NCBI GenBank assembly: GCA_031254805.1
Contig: JAIRTP010000049.1
Coordinates: 23,361 to 87,360, forward strand
Source: Bacteroidales bacterium
GTDB lineage: Bacteria > Bacteroidota > Bacteroidia > Bacteroidales > WRLA01
DNA length: 64,000 bases
Direction of reading: 5' to 3'
Shown in pieces: positions 18,909 to 27,832 of the stretch. The position numbers were made by a program, and so were the translations under genes. Each line of letters starts with the position of its first letter. Position 1 is the stretch's first letter. A model generated the notes under the pieces. The model was not told where the DNA came from and did no database searches. It was given only the letters and a program-made list of their open reading frames with translations.

Positions 18909-19346
18909 TTAAAAATATTGTTTTAATTTCTCTGCCAACGTACCCGAAGCGCGTTTCGGACGTCCCGTTAAAGCATCCGTAAAAGCCAACGTCGTACTTC
19001 CTTCGTTAATCAATTCATGCGCTTCATTATAAATTTCGTAGTAAAAAATGATTTTAATCGTCGGCATCTCTTTAACCATAGTTTTAATGGTCAGAATCTC
19101 GTCGTATTTAGCAGGTTTGATATAACGCGATTGCACGTTAACAATAGGCATGAACGTCCCCGACTCTTCTAAAGATTTATAAGAAAATCCTAATTGCCGG
19201 ATAGCGTCCGTTCGTCCCGCTTCGTAATAGCGTATATAGTTCGAATGATGCACCACGCCCATTTGATCCGTCTCGTAATATTGTACCCTCCATTTTGATT
19301 CTGCTACAAACATAAAATCATTTTTACATAAGACAATAAATTCCAT
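18909..19346 (-). CDS. Acyl-CoA thioesterase, 4HBT/YbgC family
   Basis: 145 aa. WRVQYYETDQMGVVHHSNYIRYYEAGR is the hotdog-fold thioesterase signature. Confidence 0.8.
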   Translation of the reverse strand: MEFIVLCKNDFMFVAESKWRVQYYETDQMGVVHHSNYIRYYEAGRTDAIRQLGFSYKSLEESGTFMPIVNVQSRYIKPAKYDEILTIKTMVKEMPTIKIIFYYEIYNEAHELINEGSTTLAFTDALTGRPKRASGTLAEKLKQYF

Positions 19347-19372
19347 CGTTTCCCTGATCGTCTCAGGAAATA

Positions 19373-20194
19373 TTAATCCAAAGGAGAATTAGTCTCCTTC
19401 TTCATGTTATTATAATATAAATTATCAACCAATTCGGGAAAGAAAAAATTCACGAAAGGCGTATAACGTCCTTCCCATGAAGTAGTAATGTTGCGTTTTC
19501 CTCTCTCGATGCCGCGAATAATTCTCCTTGCCAATTCTTCCGGCGGCATCATTTTACTCTCATCACGAGGGCTTTCTTCTTGAACGGATCCGTCGGCCGT
19601 CAACGCCGCTTTGCGAATATTCGTCGAAACAAATCCTGGAACAACGAGCATAACATGAACGCCTTTTTTGAGCGTCTCGACCCGAATTGTTTCCAAAAAT
19701 CCCTCTAAAGCATATTTTGAAGCCGAATAGCCTGTGCGGCCGGGCATTCCATGTACGGCGGCGACTGAAGAAATTCCTACAATGGATCCTTTGCTCGCAA
19801 TAATATAAGGATATGCGTATTTTGTACAATAAACAGCTCCCCAAAAGTTGACGTCCATTAATCTCCGGATAACGTTCAAATCAAGATCCGCAAAATTAGC
19901 GCGCATGGAAACGCCGGCATTATTAAGCAAAATATCCACGCCGCCAAATGTCTCAACCGCCGCGGCTATTAAATTTTTACAATCCGATTCGACGGAAACA
20001 TCCGTTTTTACGGCAATAACTCTCTTTTCTCCCTTATCGTTGAGCTCTTTTTTTAAGGTTTGAATTTTTTCGTCCGAACGAGCGGCTAAAACAACCCTTG
20101 CACCCCTGTTAAAAAACGCGCGGGCGCATGACAATCCAATACCGGAGGATGCTCCGGTGATCACTACTACTTTATCTTTAACACTTCTTCTCAT
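19373..20194 (-). CDS. SDR-family oxidoreductase
   Basis: It contains VVVITGASSGIG, NNAG and the YSASK catalytic motif. I preferred the ATG at 20194 (MRRSVKDK) over the TTG at 20212. Confidence 0.85.
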   Translation of the reverse strand: MRRSVKDKVVVITGASSGIGLSCARAFFNRGARVVLAARSDEKIQTLKKELNDKGEKRVIAVKTDVSVESDCKNLIAAAVETFGGVDILLNNAGVSMRANFADLDLNVIRRLMDVNFWGAVYCTKYAYPYIIASKGSIVGISSVAAVHGMPGRTGYSASKYALEGFLETIRVETLKKGVHVMLVVPGFVSTNIRKAALTADGSVQEESPRDESKMMPPEELARRIIRGIERGKRNITTSWEGRYTPFVNFFFPELVDNLYYNNMKKETNSPLD

Positions 20195-20252
20195 AGTACT
20201 TGACTTCAACAAAAAACTATCGACGATTATTTAAACCATTTTGCATAATAAA

Positions 20253-21590
20253 CTAATTATTAATAACTTTTACCTTCTTCCAATGACCTGAAGCAAAATA
20301 TATCCCCATCAATAATGCGCCCATGAACCATGAACCGGGCGTACTCCACCAAACTCCTTCCAATGCCAATATTTTTCCTAAATACCACGCTAAAGGAATA
20401 CGCACCAACCACAACGATATCAGTGTGCAAAACATCGGGATCATTACGGCGCCGACGCCGCGCAAACATCCTTGCAATGTAAACATTCCTGCAAAAATAA
20501 TATAAAACGGCGCGATAATGTGTAAAGATCTTGCTCCGATTTGAATAACCTCCGCGTCGTCGGTAAAAAGCGTCATCAGAAAATCGGAAAGGAAAATCAG
20601 AGTTAACGACAAAACAATAGAAAAAGCAAGACTGATCTTCAAAGTATCCATCAATCCCATTTTGACCCGTTCATATTTTCCCGCTCCAACATTTTGTCCG
20701 ACAAAAGTTGATAAAGCCGTCGCCAAATTCATGACGGGAAGCGTCGCAAAAGAGTCCAATCTCATCACGACGGAATAGGCGGCGATAGCATTGGTGCCAA
20801 AAGGCGATACAATGAGAAAGATCATTATCGACCCTAAGGCTACAAAGCCAACTTGTAATCCGGTCGGAAGTCCCACTTTAATAGCCTGTTTAAAGATTAT
20901 TTTGTCGAATATAAATTTCCGGATAGAAAAATCAAAAAATTGAGGATATTTTTTATTTAAAACGATAAGCATAACGCCCAAGGAGATGATCTGCGCCAGA
21001 ATAGTTGCAATGCCAACGCCCGACACGCCCCATTTGAATACGACAACAAACAGTATGTCCAAAATCACATTTAGCGCCGTCGATATAATGAGAAAATTCA
21101 TGGGCGTTTTAGAATCTCCTAAACCGCGAATTACAGCGTTAACGCCGGCAAATAGAAATTGAAAAAATATTCCGCCGAAATAAATTTGCAGATAAATAGT
21201 AGCGTCGGGAATGATATTTTCTTCCAATCCGATCCATCTTAATATCCATTTAGCGCTAATGACGCCTAAAACGGAGAGAATCAACGTCATGGCGATAGTA
21301 GATAGAATCAGCGTGTCCAAAGTTCGTTTGATCTCTGCAAACTTTTTAGCTCCGAAATATTGTGAAACGACTACCGTAAAACCTGTTCCGATGCCGATAA
21401 ACAATGACACCACTAAGAATGTCAAAGGAAACGACGCGCCGACGGCAGCTAAAGCTTCCGTACCGATAAACTTTCCTACTACCATGCTGTCGACAACATT
21501 ATAAAGCTGCTGAAAAGCGCTCCCCATCAGGATGGGCAGCGAAAAAAAGAAAATTTCCTTCAAAGGCTTACCGACAGTGAAATCCTTCAT
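20253..21590 (-). CDS. MATE-family efflux transporter
   Basis: 445 aa with 12 predicted TM segments. The N-terminus PILMGSAFQQLYNVVDSMVVGKFIGTEALAAV is typical of MatE. Confidence 0.9.
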   Translation of the reverse strand: MKDFTVGKPLKEIFFFSLPILMGSAFQQLYNVVDSMVVGKFIGTEALAAVGASFPLTFLVVSLFIGIGTGFTVVVSQYFGAKKFAEIKRTLDTLILSTIAMTLILSVLGVISAKWILRWIGLEENIIPDATIYLQIYFGGIFFQFLFAGVNAVIRGLGDSKTPMNFLIISTALNVILDILFVVVFKWGVSGVGIATILAQIISLGVMLIVLNKKYPQFFDFSIRKFIFDKIIFKQAIKVGLPTGLQVGFVALGSIMIFLIVSPFGTNAIAAYSVVMRLDSFATLPVMNLATALSTFVGQNVGAGKYERVKMGLMDTLKISLAFSIVLSLTLIFLSDFLMTLFTDDAEVIQIGARSLHIIAPFYIIFAGMFTLQGCLRGVGAVMIPMFCTLISLWLVRIPLAWYLGKILALEGVWWSTPGSWFMGALLMGIYFASGHWKKVKVINN

Positions 21591-21609
21591 TTTTAAAAAT
21601 TATAGACTG

Positions 21610-21617
21610 CAAAGATA
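21610..21617 (-). promoter_or_regulatory. Bacteroidota -7 promoter box (TATCTTTG on the minus strand)
   Basis: The plus strand reads CAAAGATA, 20 nt upstream of the MATE start. Confidence 0.45.
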
Positions 21618-21639
21618 CGGGATTTCGCAGTTGAATAAA

Positions 21640-21676
21640 TAAAAAAGAACCCTTGCCTTACAAAGCAAAGGTTCTT
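21640..21676 (-). terminator. Intrinsic terminator of rpsT
   Basis: Stem arms 21646..21656 and 21665..21675 (agaacccttgc / gcaaaggttct) give 11 bp including one G-U on the minus-strand RNA, with an 8-nt loop. A U-run follows on the minus strand (plus-strand A6 at 21641..21646). Confidence 0.65.
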
Positions 21677-21700
21677 TCTACATCAAAAGATGCTAAAATA

Positions 21701-21952
21701 TTATAAGCTGTTTATTTTTTTGCTTAATTTCGATTTAAGATTAGCCGCTTTATTTTTGTGCACCAAATTTCTTTTTACATTTCTGTCAATCAAAGAAGCT
21801 ACTTTTGGGTACATTTCCATCGCTTCTTGTTTGTCGCCGGTTGCGCGTAATTTCCTGACGGCGTTACGCATGGTACGCCCGTAATAGCGGTTTCTTAATC
21901 TTCTTGCCTGACTTTGACGAATTCTTTTTAACGCTGACTTATGATTTGCCAT
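21701..21952 (-). CDS. rpsT: 30S ribosomal protein S20
   Basis: 83 aa beginning [22 protein letters not shown]. Confidence 0.95.
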   Translation of the reverse strand: MANHKSALKRIRQSQARRLRNRYYGRTMRNAVRKLRATGDKQEAMEMYPKVASLIDRNVKRNLVHKNKAANLKSKLSKKINSL

Positions 21953-21986
21953 TTTTTTATTGATTTTTCCGTTTTTATTCGAGGCG

Positions 21987-21994
21987 CAAAGGTA
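21987..21994 (-). promoter_or_regulatory. Bacteroidota -7 promoter box (TACCTTTG on the minus strand)
   Basis: The plus strand reads CAAAGGTA, 35 nt upstream of the rpsT ATG. Confidence 0.5.
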
Positions 21995-22146
21995 ATGCTT
22001 TTTTATAAATTGACAAAGATTTTATCATATTTTTTTCAAATTATAAAATGCTATTTATCATTATATTACAATAAACATGGAAAAATATTTCCCCATCTGT
22101 TTTCAAAAATCACTTCAAAAAACGTCAATTCGTAATTAAAAAGGCG

Positions 22147-22593
22147 TTATCTTTTCTTTTTGAAAAAATCTCTTAATAATTCGCCGCACTCTTTTTCAAG
22201 CAATCCGCTTTCGATTTCTGTTTTAGGATGTAACAAAGATGTAGAGACTGTCGAAAATCCGCGTTTCGGATCGGAAGCTCCATAAACGATCCTCCCAATT
22301 TGCGCCCAAAACGAAGCTCCAGCACACATAACGCATGGTTCAAGCGTGACGTACAACGTGCAATCTTTTAAATATTTTCCTCCTAAAAATCCGGAGGCTG
22401 CGGTAAAGGCTTGCATCTCCGCGTGCGCTGTGACGTCGTTCAACTGTTGCGTCAGATTGTGCGTGCGGGCAATAATGCGATTTTGACAAACGATAACCGC
22501 TCCAATCGGCGCTTCATCTTTTTCCAATGCTTTTCGAGCCTCTTTCAAAGCTTCTCGCATGAAATGTTCATCTGAGAAAATCGCTAATTCCAT
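22147..22593 (-). CDS. tadA: tRNA adenosine(34) deaminase TadA
   Basis: It has the HAEMQAF and PCVMCAG zinc-binding motifs. I preferred the ATG at 22593 (MELAIFSDEHFMREAL). Confidence 0.9.
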   Translation of the reverse strand: MELAIFSDEHFMREALKEARKALEKDEAPIGAVIVCQNRIIARTHNLTQQLNDVTAHAEMQAFTAASGFLGGKYLKDCTLYVTLEPCVMCAGASFWAQIGRIVYGASDPKRGFSTVSTSLLHPKTEIESGLLEKECGELLRDFFKKKR

Positions 22594-22632
22594 GATTAAT
22601 AACAAGTTGCATTCTATAATTTACATTGCCTC

Positions 22633-23274
22633 TTATCTTCCCCATTTGTCCGGCGCCTTACGCCATGTTTGTAATGAGAACAGATCGTTTTCTTGAATAT
22701 ATCCTTCTTTTAACGCTTTTTCAATCAATACATTATAATTTGACAAGGTGTAATATGGACAATTTTGCTTTTTGAAATTTTCTTCGGCGACCGGAAAGCC
22801 ATAAGTAAAAATAGCGAACATCGCTTTTACGTCGCAACCTGCGTCGCGTAACGCCGCGACGGCCGCCAAACTGCTCCCTCCGGTAGAGATCAAATCTTCA
22901 ATCACCACAACAGATTGCCCTTCCGTAATCACGCCTTCAATTTTGTTCTCTAATCCATGCGATTTGTTGGAAGAACGAACATAAACAAAAGGAACGTTCA
23001 ACTCCTGAGCGATTAAAACGCCTTGTGGAATTCCGGCGGTTGCAACGCCTGCAACAGCGTCAATGGAGCCGACCGTTTCTTTGATAAATTTCACAAATTC
23101 CGCCTTAATATAAGCTCTGATATCGGGATAAGAGAGCGTCTTTCTATTGTCGCAATAGATAGGCGATTTCCAACCGGAAGCCCATGTAAAAGGCGATTGC
23201 GGACTCAATTTCACCGCTTTTATTTGCAGCAGATATTCTGCAATTTTCTCTGCTCTTGCAATTTTTTCCATCAT
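22633..23274 (-). CDS. pyrE: Orotate phosphoribosyltransferase
   Basis: 213 aa. The PRPP-binding loop reads VVVIEDLISTGGSS. An N-terminal FTWASGWKSPIYCDNR segment is present. Confidence 0.9.
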   Translation of the reverse strand: MMEKIARAEKIAEYLLQIKAVKLSPQSPFTWASGWKSPIYCDNRKTLSYPDIRAYIKAEFVKFIKETVGSIDAVAGVATAGIPQGVLIAQELNVPFVYVRSSNKSHGLENKIEGVITEGQSVVVIEDLISTGGSSLAAVAALRDAGCDVKAMFAIFTYGFPVAEENFKKQNCPYYTLSNYNVLIEKALKEGYIQENDLFSLQTWRKAPDKWGR

Positions 23275-23312
23275 TTGTTGTTTTTTACTTAATTCAGTAT
23301 TTAATTAATCCA

Positions 23313-23320
23313 CAAAGATA
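23313..23320 (-). promoter_or_regulatory. Bacteroidota -7 promoter box (TATCTTTG on the minus strand)
   Basis: The plus strand reads CAAAGATA, upstream of pyrE. Confidence 0.45.
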
Positions 23321-23340
23321 AGTTGTTTTTAAAAACGACG

Positions 23341-23348
23341 TACTTTTG
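23341..23348 (+). promoter_or_regulatory. Bacteroidota -7 promoter box (TACTTTTG)
   Basis: Exact TAnnTTTG match 45 nt upstream of the coaD ATG. Confidence 0.45.
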
Positions 23349-23392
23349 TAGGCGGATTGATTATTAAAAGTTATTTACAAAATCAGGAGATT

Positions 23393-23881
23393 ATGTCCCA
23401 AGAAAAAATATCGAAAATTGCCGTTTTTCCGGGCTCGTTCGATCCCATTACAATAGGACATGAAGCTATTATTCGGCGCGCTTTGCCATTGTTCGATAAA
23501 ATCATTGTCGCTATTGGAAAAAATACGGTTAAGAAAAATCTCTTTGCTTTGGAAGATCGCATGGAATGGATCAAAATCGCGTTGAAAGAATTCGAAGATA
23601 AAGTAGAAGTAGCCGCTTTCGACGGACTTACGATGAATTTCTGTAAGGAGAGGGACGCTCAATTTATTTTGCGCGGTTTGCGAACTTCTGTTGATTTTGA
23701 ATTTGAATACAGCATCAGCCAAATCAATCGTCAAATAGGAGACATTGAAACGATATTTTTGTTTACTGATCCTGTTTATACGCCCATTTCATCAAGTATT
23801 GTTCGCGATATTTATCTTCATGGAGGCGATTTTTCGTCGCTTATTCCAAAGGGTATCAAACTGATAAAAAATGAAGAATAG
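23393..23881 (+). CDS. coaD: Pantetheine-phosphate adenylyltransferase
   Basis: It starts at MSQEKISKIAVFPGSFDPITIGH, which contains the T/HxGH motif, and later has ISSSIVR. The ORF-track start at 23357 is an upstream extension. Confidence 0.9.
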   Translation: MSQEKISKIAVFPGSFDPITIGHEAIIRRALPLFDKIIVAIGKNTVKKNLFALEDRMEWIKIALKEFEDKVEVAAFDGLTMNFCKERDAQFILRGLRTSVDFEFEYSISQINRQIGDIETIFLFTDPVYTPISSSIVRDIYLHGGDFSSLIPKGIKLIKNEE

Positions 23882-25274
23882 CAACGGAATTTTGATTTTG
23901 ACAGCATTGATATGCGTTACTTTTTCTTCCCTTTTTGCTCAAAATTGCTCTATTGAAGGAATTTTACCGGGCGCTGAAGGGCGAGAAATCGTATTATCGA
24001 CAGTAAAAAATTATCTCTCTCAAACGCCGGAGATCATTCAAAAAACCACAGTAGGCGAAGACGGTTCGTTCTCTTTTTCATTCACTACTTCGAAAATAAT
24101 ACCCGTATCGCTCTCAATCAACTATTACGCGACTACTTTTTTTATTGCGCCGGATCGGTTGTATACGTTGCGAGGAAAAAATTTTTATTTCGACGATTTT
24201 GTCAATCCTATTATTGCCAAACCGATGTTGCCGCTCTTTATAACCAATATTGACGAACTGAATCGTTTTATTATCCGGTTTAATATGGCTTCCGAAAAAG
24301 TCGAAGAGTCACAATATTACGCTATTTTGTCGCGACAGGATTTTTCCGCATTTGACGAGTTGACAACGTCTACCGAATATCTTCCCGAAACGTTTCAATC
24401 ATTTTGTAGCGATTATCAATACTATACAATTGGTTCGTTGAAAGCTGGCTATTCTAAACGCCGTTCGCAAAAATTGGGGACTACTTATCTCAAAAGCAGA
24501 ACGCCAAGCGTTTACGATTATAATTATATGATCTTTTTCAACGCATATTTTACCAATTATTTGCCCGATCATGGAAATAATATCCCTCTGACAGAGCTTA
24601 TAACAGCCATTTTCAGAGATCAGAATGTTCAAAAAGCGCTTTCTATTTTAGAAAAAGATCCGATTTTGTCTGATGAAACCATTCGTCAAATGTTTTTAGT
24701 AAAATTCATCAAAGATGATTCCCGCGTAAAACACGCTGCTGTAAAAGTTTTATCGGATTTAAAAAATATAACGGCCGACGTTGGTATTAAAGAAGCGATA
24801 GATCAGATCCTGACGGAAATCATGAGATTAGCCTTTGGAACGGACGCTCCCATATTGTCTCTTCCCGACGCAGAAGGAAAAATATTGAGTTCCGATGATC
24901 TGAAAGGGAAATATTTATATATTAACTTTTTCAAAACCACTTGTTTAGATTGTATCGCAGAGATGGAGAGCATGAAAAATATTTATGCAAAAAACAGCGC
25001 TTTTTTTGAATTCATCAGCATTTGCATCGACGACAAAGAGCAAGCGTTTCTAGATTTTGATAAAAATTATAATTATCCATGGAAAGTGGTTTATTCCGGT
25101 TTTTATCCCGATTTCATAAATCAATGGCAAGCCAAAATCTTACCTTATTACGTTTTGATCGACAATAACTATAAAATCAAAGAATGTCCGGCAAAAGGCC
25201 CTGACGACGGTATCAGTAGTATTATGGAAAAAATTTCGTGGGAAGAACGTCGGAAACAACGTGCGAAAGAGTAA
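23871..25274 (+). CDS. Thioredoxin-fold (TlpA/AhpC-like) secreted protein with a long N-terminal domain
   Basis: 467 aa with a signal peptide. The C-terminal segment LKGKYLYINFFKTTCLDCIAEM resembles the redoxin WCxxC region but reads C-L-D-C. It overlaps coaD by 11 nt. Confidence 0.55.
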   Translation: MKNSNGILILTALICVTFSSLFAQNCSIEGILPGAEGREIVLSTVKNYLSQTPEIIQKTTVGEDGSFSFSFTTSKIIPVSLSINYYATTFFIAPDRLYTLRGKNFYFDDFVNPIIAKPMLPLFITNIDELNRFIIRFNMASEKVEESQYYAILSRQDFSAFDELTTSTEYLPETFQSFCSDYQYYTIGSLKAGYSKRRSQKLGTTYLKSRTPSVYDYNYMIFFNAYFTNYLPDHGNNIPLTELITAIFRDQNVQKALSILEKDPILSDETIRQMFLVKFIKDDSRVKHAAVKVLSDLKNITADVGIKEAIDQILTEIMRLAFGTDAPILSLPDAEGKILSSDDLKGKYLYINFFKTTCLDCIAEMESMKNIYAKNSAFFEFISICIDDKEQAFLDFDKNYNYPWKVVYSGFYPDFINQWQAKILPYYVLIDNNYKIKECPAKGPDDGISSIMEKISWEERRKQRAKE

Positions 25275-25496
25275 ATTTGTACAGTGAAAAATAAAATGTG
25301 CGAAGGAAAAAAAGCCAAAAAACTTTTGTATTATTTGGAATAGTTGCAATTATTATCCGATGATTCAGAGAAATGGACACGATCAAAAACCTAATCATGT
25401 TGTGCGACTACGACAACAGTTCTTACATTGTTATGCAATTGATAAAATCTTTTCCGTTAACCCATAAAAATATCATGCAATAACTCTATGAAAATC

Positions 25497-26063
25497 TCAC
25501 AATTGCAAAGCAAAATCGTGCAAAGAATAGAAATGAAAATCAATTAATCGATGATGATCTCTGCATTTTTGGAGATCGTCTCCTATAAAAACCGTTTTCA
25601 TTTTCAATCGTTTTCCGAAAATCATATCGCTCATCGAATCGCCGGCCATAATTGATTTTTTGAAATCAACATTCGGGAACGCTTTTTTAGCTTCAAGTCC
25701 CATACCGATTCCCGGTTTTCGCATAGGATGATGATCAGATTCCAAATAAGGAGCATAAAAAATGCGATCGATTCGTTCCCCTGATTTTTTTATTTCGGAT
25801 TGTAAATAATCGTGGACTTTATGCAATTCACCGCGGCTCATCAATCCCTTTCCGATACCTTGCTGGTTAGTAACGACAAAAATATGGGAAAATTTTCCCG
25901 AGAAAATTTTAAAAGCGTCCAATACGCCGGGAAGAAATTGAAATTCATCAATAGTTTTTACATAATCTCCAGGAATACGACGATTGATAACGCCGTCGCG
26001 ATCAAGAAATAACGACCATGATGTATCCATTTTCAAACGTTCGGGCAGAGAGAATTTTTTCAT
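25497..26063 (-). CDS. gmhB: D-glycero-D-manno-heptose 1,7-bisphosphate phosphatase (HAD-IIIA)
   Basis: HAD motif I is FLDRDGVIN. Later segments read VVTNQQGIG and AGDSMSDM. I chose the start at MKKFSLPE (26063); the longer ORF to 26240 runs into gmhA. Confidence 0.8.
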   Translation of the reverse strand: MKKFSLPERLKMDTSWSLFLDRDGVINRRIPGDYVKTIDEFQFLPGVLDAFKIFSGKFSHIFVVTNQQGIGKGLMSRGELHKVHDYLQSEIKKSGERIDRIFYAPYLESDHHPMRKPGIGMGLEAKKAFPNVDFKKSIMAGDSMSDMIFGKRLKMKTVFIGDDLQKCRDHHRLIDFHFYSLHDFALQL

Positions 26064-26074
26064 AAAATTCCCGA

Positions 26075-26656
26075 TTATTCCGGTTTTCCGAACATACGAC
26101 GTTCTATCAATTCGCACAAAATATGCCCCAATAAAATATGCGATTCTTGGATACGCGGCGTATCGGTCGAAGGAACATTCAGCAGAATATCGGCATATTC
26201 CTTCATTTTTCCACCCGTTTGTCCCGTAAAAGCAATGCAAAGAATGCGCAACGCTTTTGTCGCTTCAAAAGCGCGAATAATATTGGGAGAATTTCCGGAA
26301 GTAGAAAGTCCGATCAAAATATCGCCGGGGCGTCCTTGTGCGCGAAGCATTCTCGCAAAAACTTCATCGTACGAATAATCGTTGGCAACAGCGGTAAGAA
26401 ACGAAGTGTTAACATGCAGAGCTTCTGCATTCAACGGAGGCCGGTCAAAATAAAAACGTCCAGAAAGTTCAGCCGCTAAATGTTGCGCGTCGGCGGCGCT
26501 GCCGCCATTGCCGCAAAAAAGAATTTTACCACCGTTATTTAACGACTGTAAACATGCCTCGACGGATTTTTCTAATGACGACAATAATGTTGCGTCATGT
26601 AAAAGATTTAACTTTACATCTACAGATTGCTGAATGGCTTCTTTTATTCTATTCAT
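26075..26656 (-). CDS. gmhA: Phosphoheptose isomerase (SIS domain)
   Basis: 193 aa. Matching segments are ILFCGNGGSAADAQHLAAEL and GLSTSGNSPN. Confidence 0.9.
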   Translation of the reverse strand: MNRIKEAIQQSVDVKLNLLHDATLLSSLEKSVEACLQSLNNGGKILFCGNGGSAADAQHLAAELSGRFYFDRPPLNAEALHVNTSFLTAVANDYSYDEVFARMLRAQGRPGDILIGLSTSGNSPNIIRAFEATKALRILCIAFTGQTGGKMKEYADILLNVPSTDTPRIQESHILLGHILCELIERRMFGKPE

Positions 26657-26675
26657 GAGCGGTTAAAATGATATG

Positions 26676-26683
26676 CAAATATA
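26676..26683 (-). promoter_or_regulatory. Bacteroidota -7 promoter box (TATATTTG on the minus strand)
   Basis: The plus strand reads CAAATATA, 20 nt upstream of gmhA. Confidence 0.45.
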
Positions 26684-26854
26684 CACAAAAGTCCTCACAT
26701 GTATACAGACTGACAAGGAAGAAGTAATTTTTTTTTAAAAGTTTAAAAAATATTCACATTTTTTGCAGTAAACGAGGGATGTTATTAATTAATATCAAGT
26801 ATCAATTGATTATTATTACATTCATTAATAATTACTTAATTCAATATATCTGTT

Positions 26855-27790
26855 ATGAATAGAAGAAATTTCTTACGTACTTTGGCCATTTCCGGGGCGG
26901 CATTTTCGCTCAAATTGAATAGCGGAATGGATGTTTTTGCTCAAACAATCGACGCTTCATCATCAGGTCCTATCAATTTAGTGGCCGTATTAGGCGGCGA
27001 GCCCGACGAAATGTTTAAAAAAGCTATTGCCGAAATGGGCGGTATTTCGAAGTTCATTAAACAAGGAGACAAAGTGGTCGTAAAACCCAATATCGGCTGG
27101 GACAAAACGCCCGAATTAGCCGGTAACACCAATCCGAAACTTGTATCAGAGATTATCCATCAATGCTTCGAAGCCGGAGCTAAAGAGGTTACCGTCTTTG
27201 ATCATACATGCGACGACTGGGTTCAAGCATATAAAAACAGCGGCATCGAAGCGGCCGCTAAAGCCGCCGGCGCAAAAGTCGTCCCCGCTCATGAAGAAAT
27301 TTACTATCGCTCCGTATCGCTTCCACAAGGGAAAAGATTGAAAGAGACAAAAATACATCAAGCTATATTAGACTGTGACACGTGGATCAACGTTCCTGTT
27401 TTAAAACACCACGGAGGCGCCAATCTGACTATTTCCATGAAAAATTTGATGGGAATTATTTGGGATCGCAGAATTTTCCACAGTTCCGATTTACAACAAT
27501 GTATTGCAGATGTTTGCACCTTGGATAAAAAACCTGTTTTGAATATTGTCGACGCTTATCGCGTAGTGAAAACGAACGGTCCGCGCGGCCGTTCTGAAGC
27601 CGACGTCGTACAACCGAAAGGATTTTTTATGTCGCAAGATATCGTTGCCGTCGATACCGCCGCCGCTAAATTCTTCAACCAGATTCGTGAAATGCCATTG
27701 GATCATGTAAAACATCTTGCCAACGGACAGGATCTAAATCTTGGAACCATGGATATTGATAATCTGAATGTGAAGAGAATTAGAATGTAG
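26855..27790 (+). CDS. Tat-exported DUF362 domain-containing protein
   Basis: 311 aa. The twin-arginine signal reads MNRRNFLRTLAISGAAFSL. The body (VVVKPNIGWDK...NVPVLKHHGGANLT) matches my recollection of DUF362. Confidence 0.65.
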   Translation: MNRRNFLRTLAISGAAFSLKLNSGMDVFAQTIDASSSGPINLVAVLGGEPDEMFKKAIAEMGGISKFIKQGDKVVVKPNIGWDKTPELAGNTNPKLVSEIIHQCFEAGAKEVTVFDHTCDDWVQAYKNSGIEAAAKAAGAKVVPAHEEIYYRSVSLPQGKRLKETKIHQAILDCDTWINVPVLKHHGGANLTISMKNLMGIIWDRRIFHSSDLQQCIADVCTLDKKPVLNIVDAYRVVKTNGPRGRSEADVVQPKGFFMSQDIVAVDTAAAKFFNQIREMPLDHVKHLANGQDLNLGTMDIDNLNVKRIRM

Positions 27791-27832
27791 CAATTCTTTA
27801 CAAATTTATTTTTTAATCATTAATAAAATTCT

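Noticed and set aside
26064-26240. The gmhB ORF has an N-terminal extension (MHCFYGTNGW...) that overlaps gmhA by about 165 nt.
   Set aside because: The extension is read from the gmhA coding region in another frame. The HAD motif I (FLDRDG) and a typical MKKF start argue for the ATG at 26063.
25497-26656. gmhA and gmhB appear without the heptose kinase/adenylyltransferase gene, which could mean an incomplete heptose pathway.
   Set aside because: The remaining genes can lie anywhere in the genome, so a single window cannot support a claim of pathway incompleteness.
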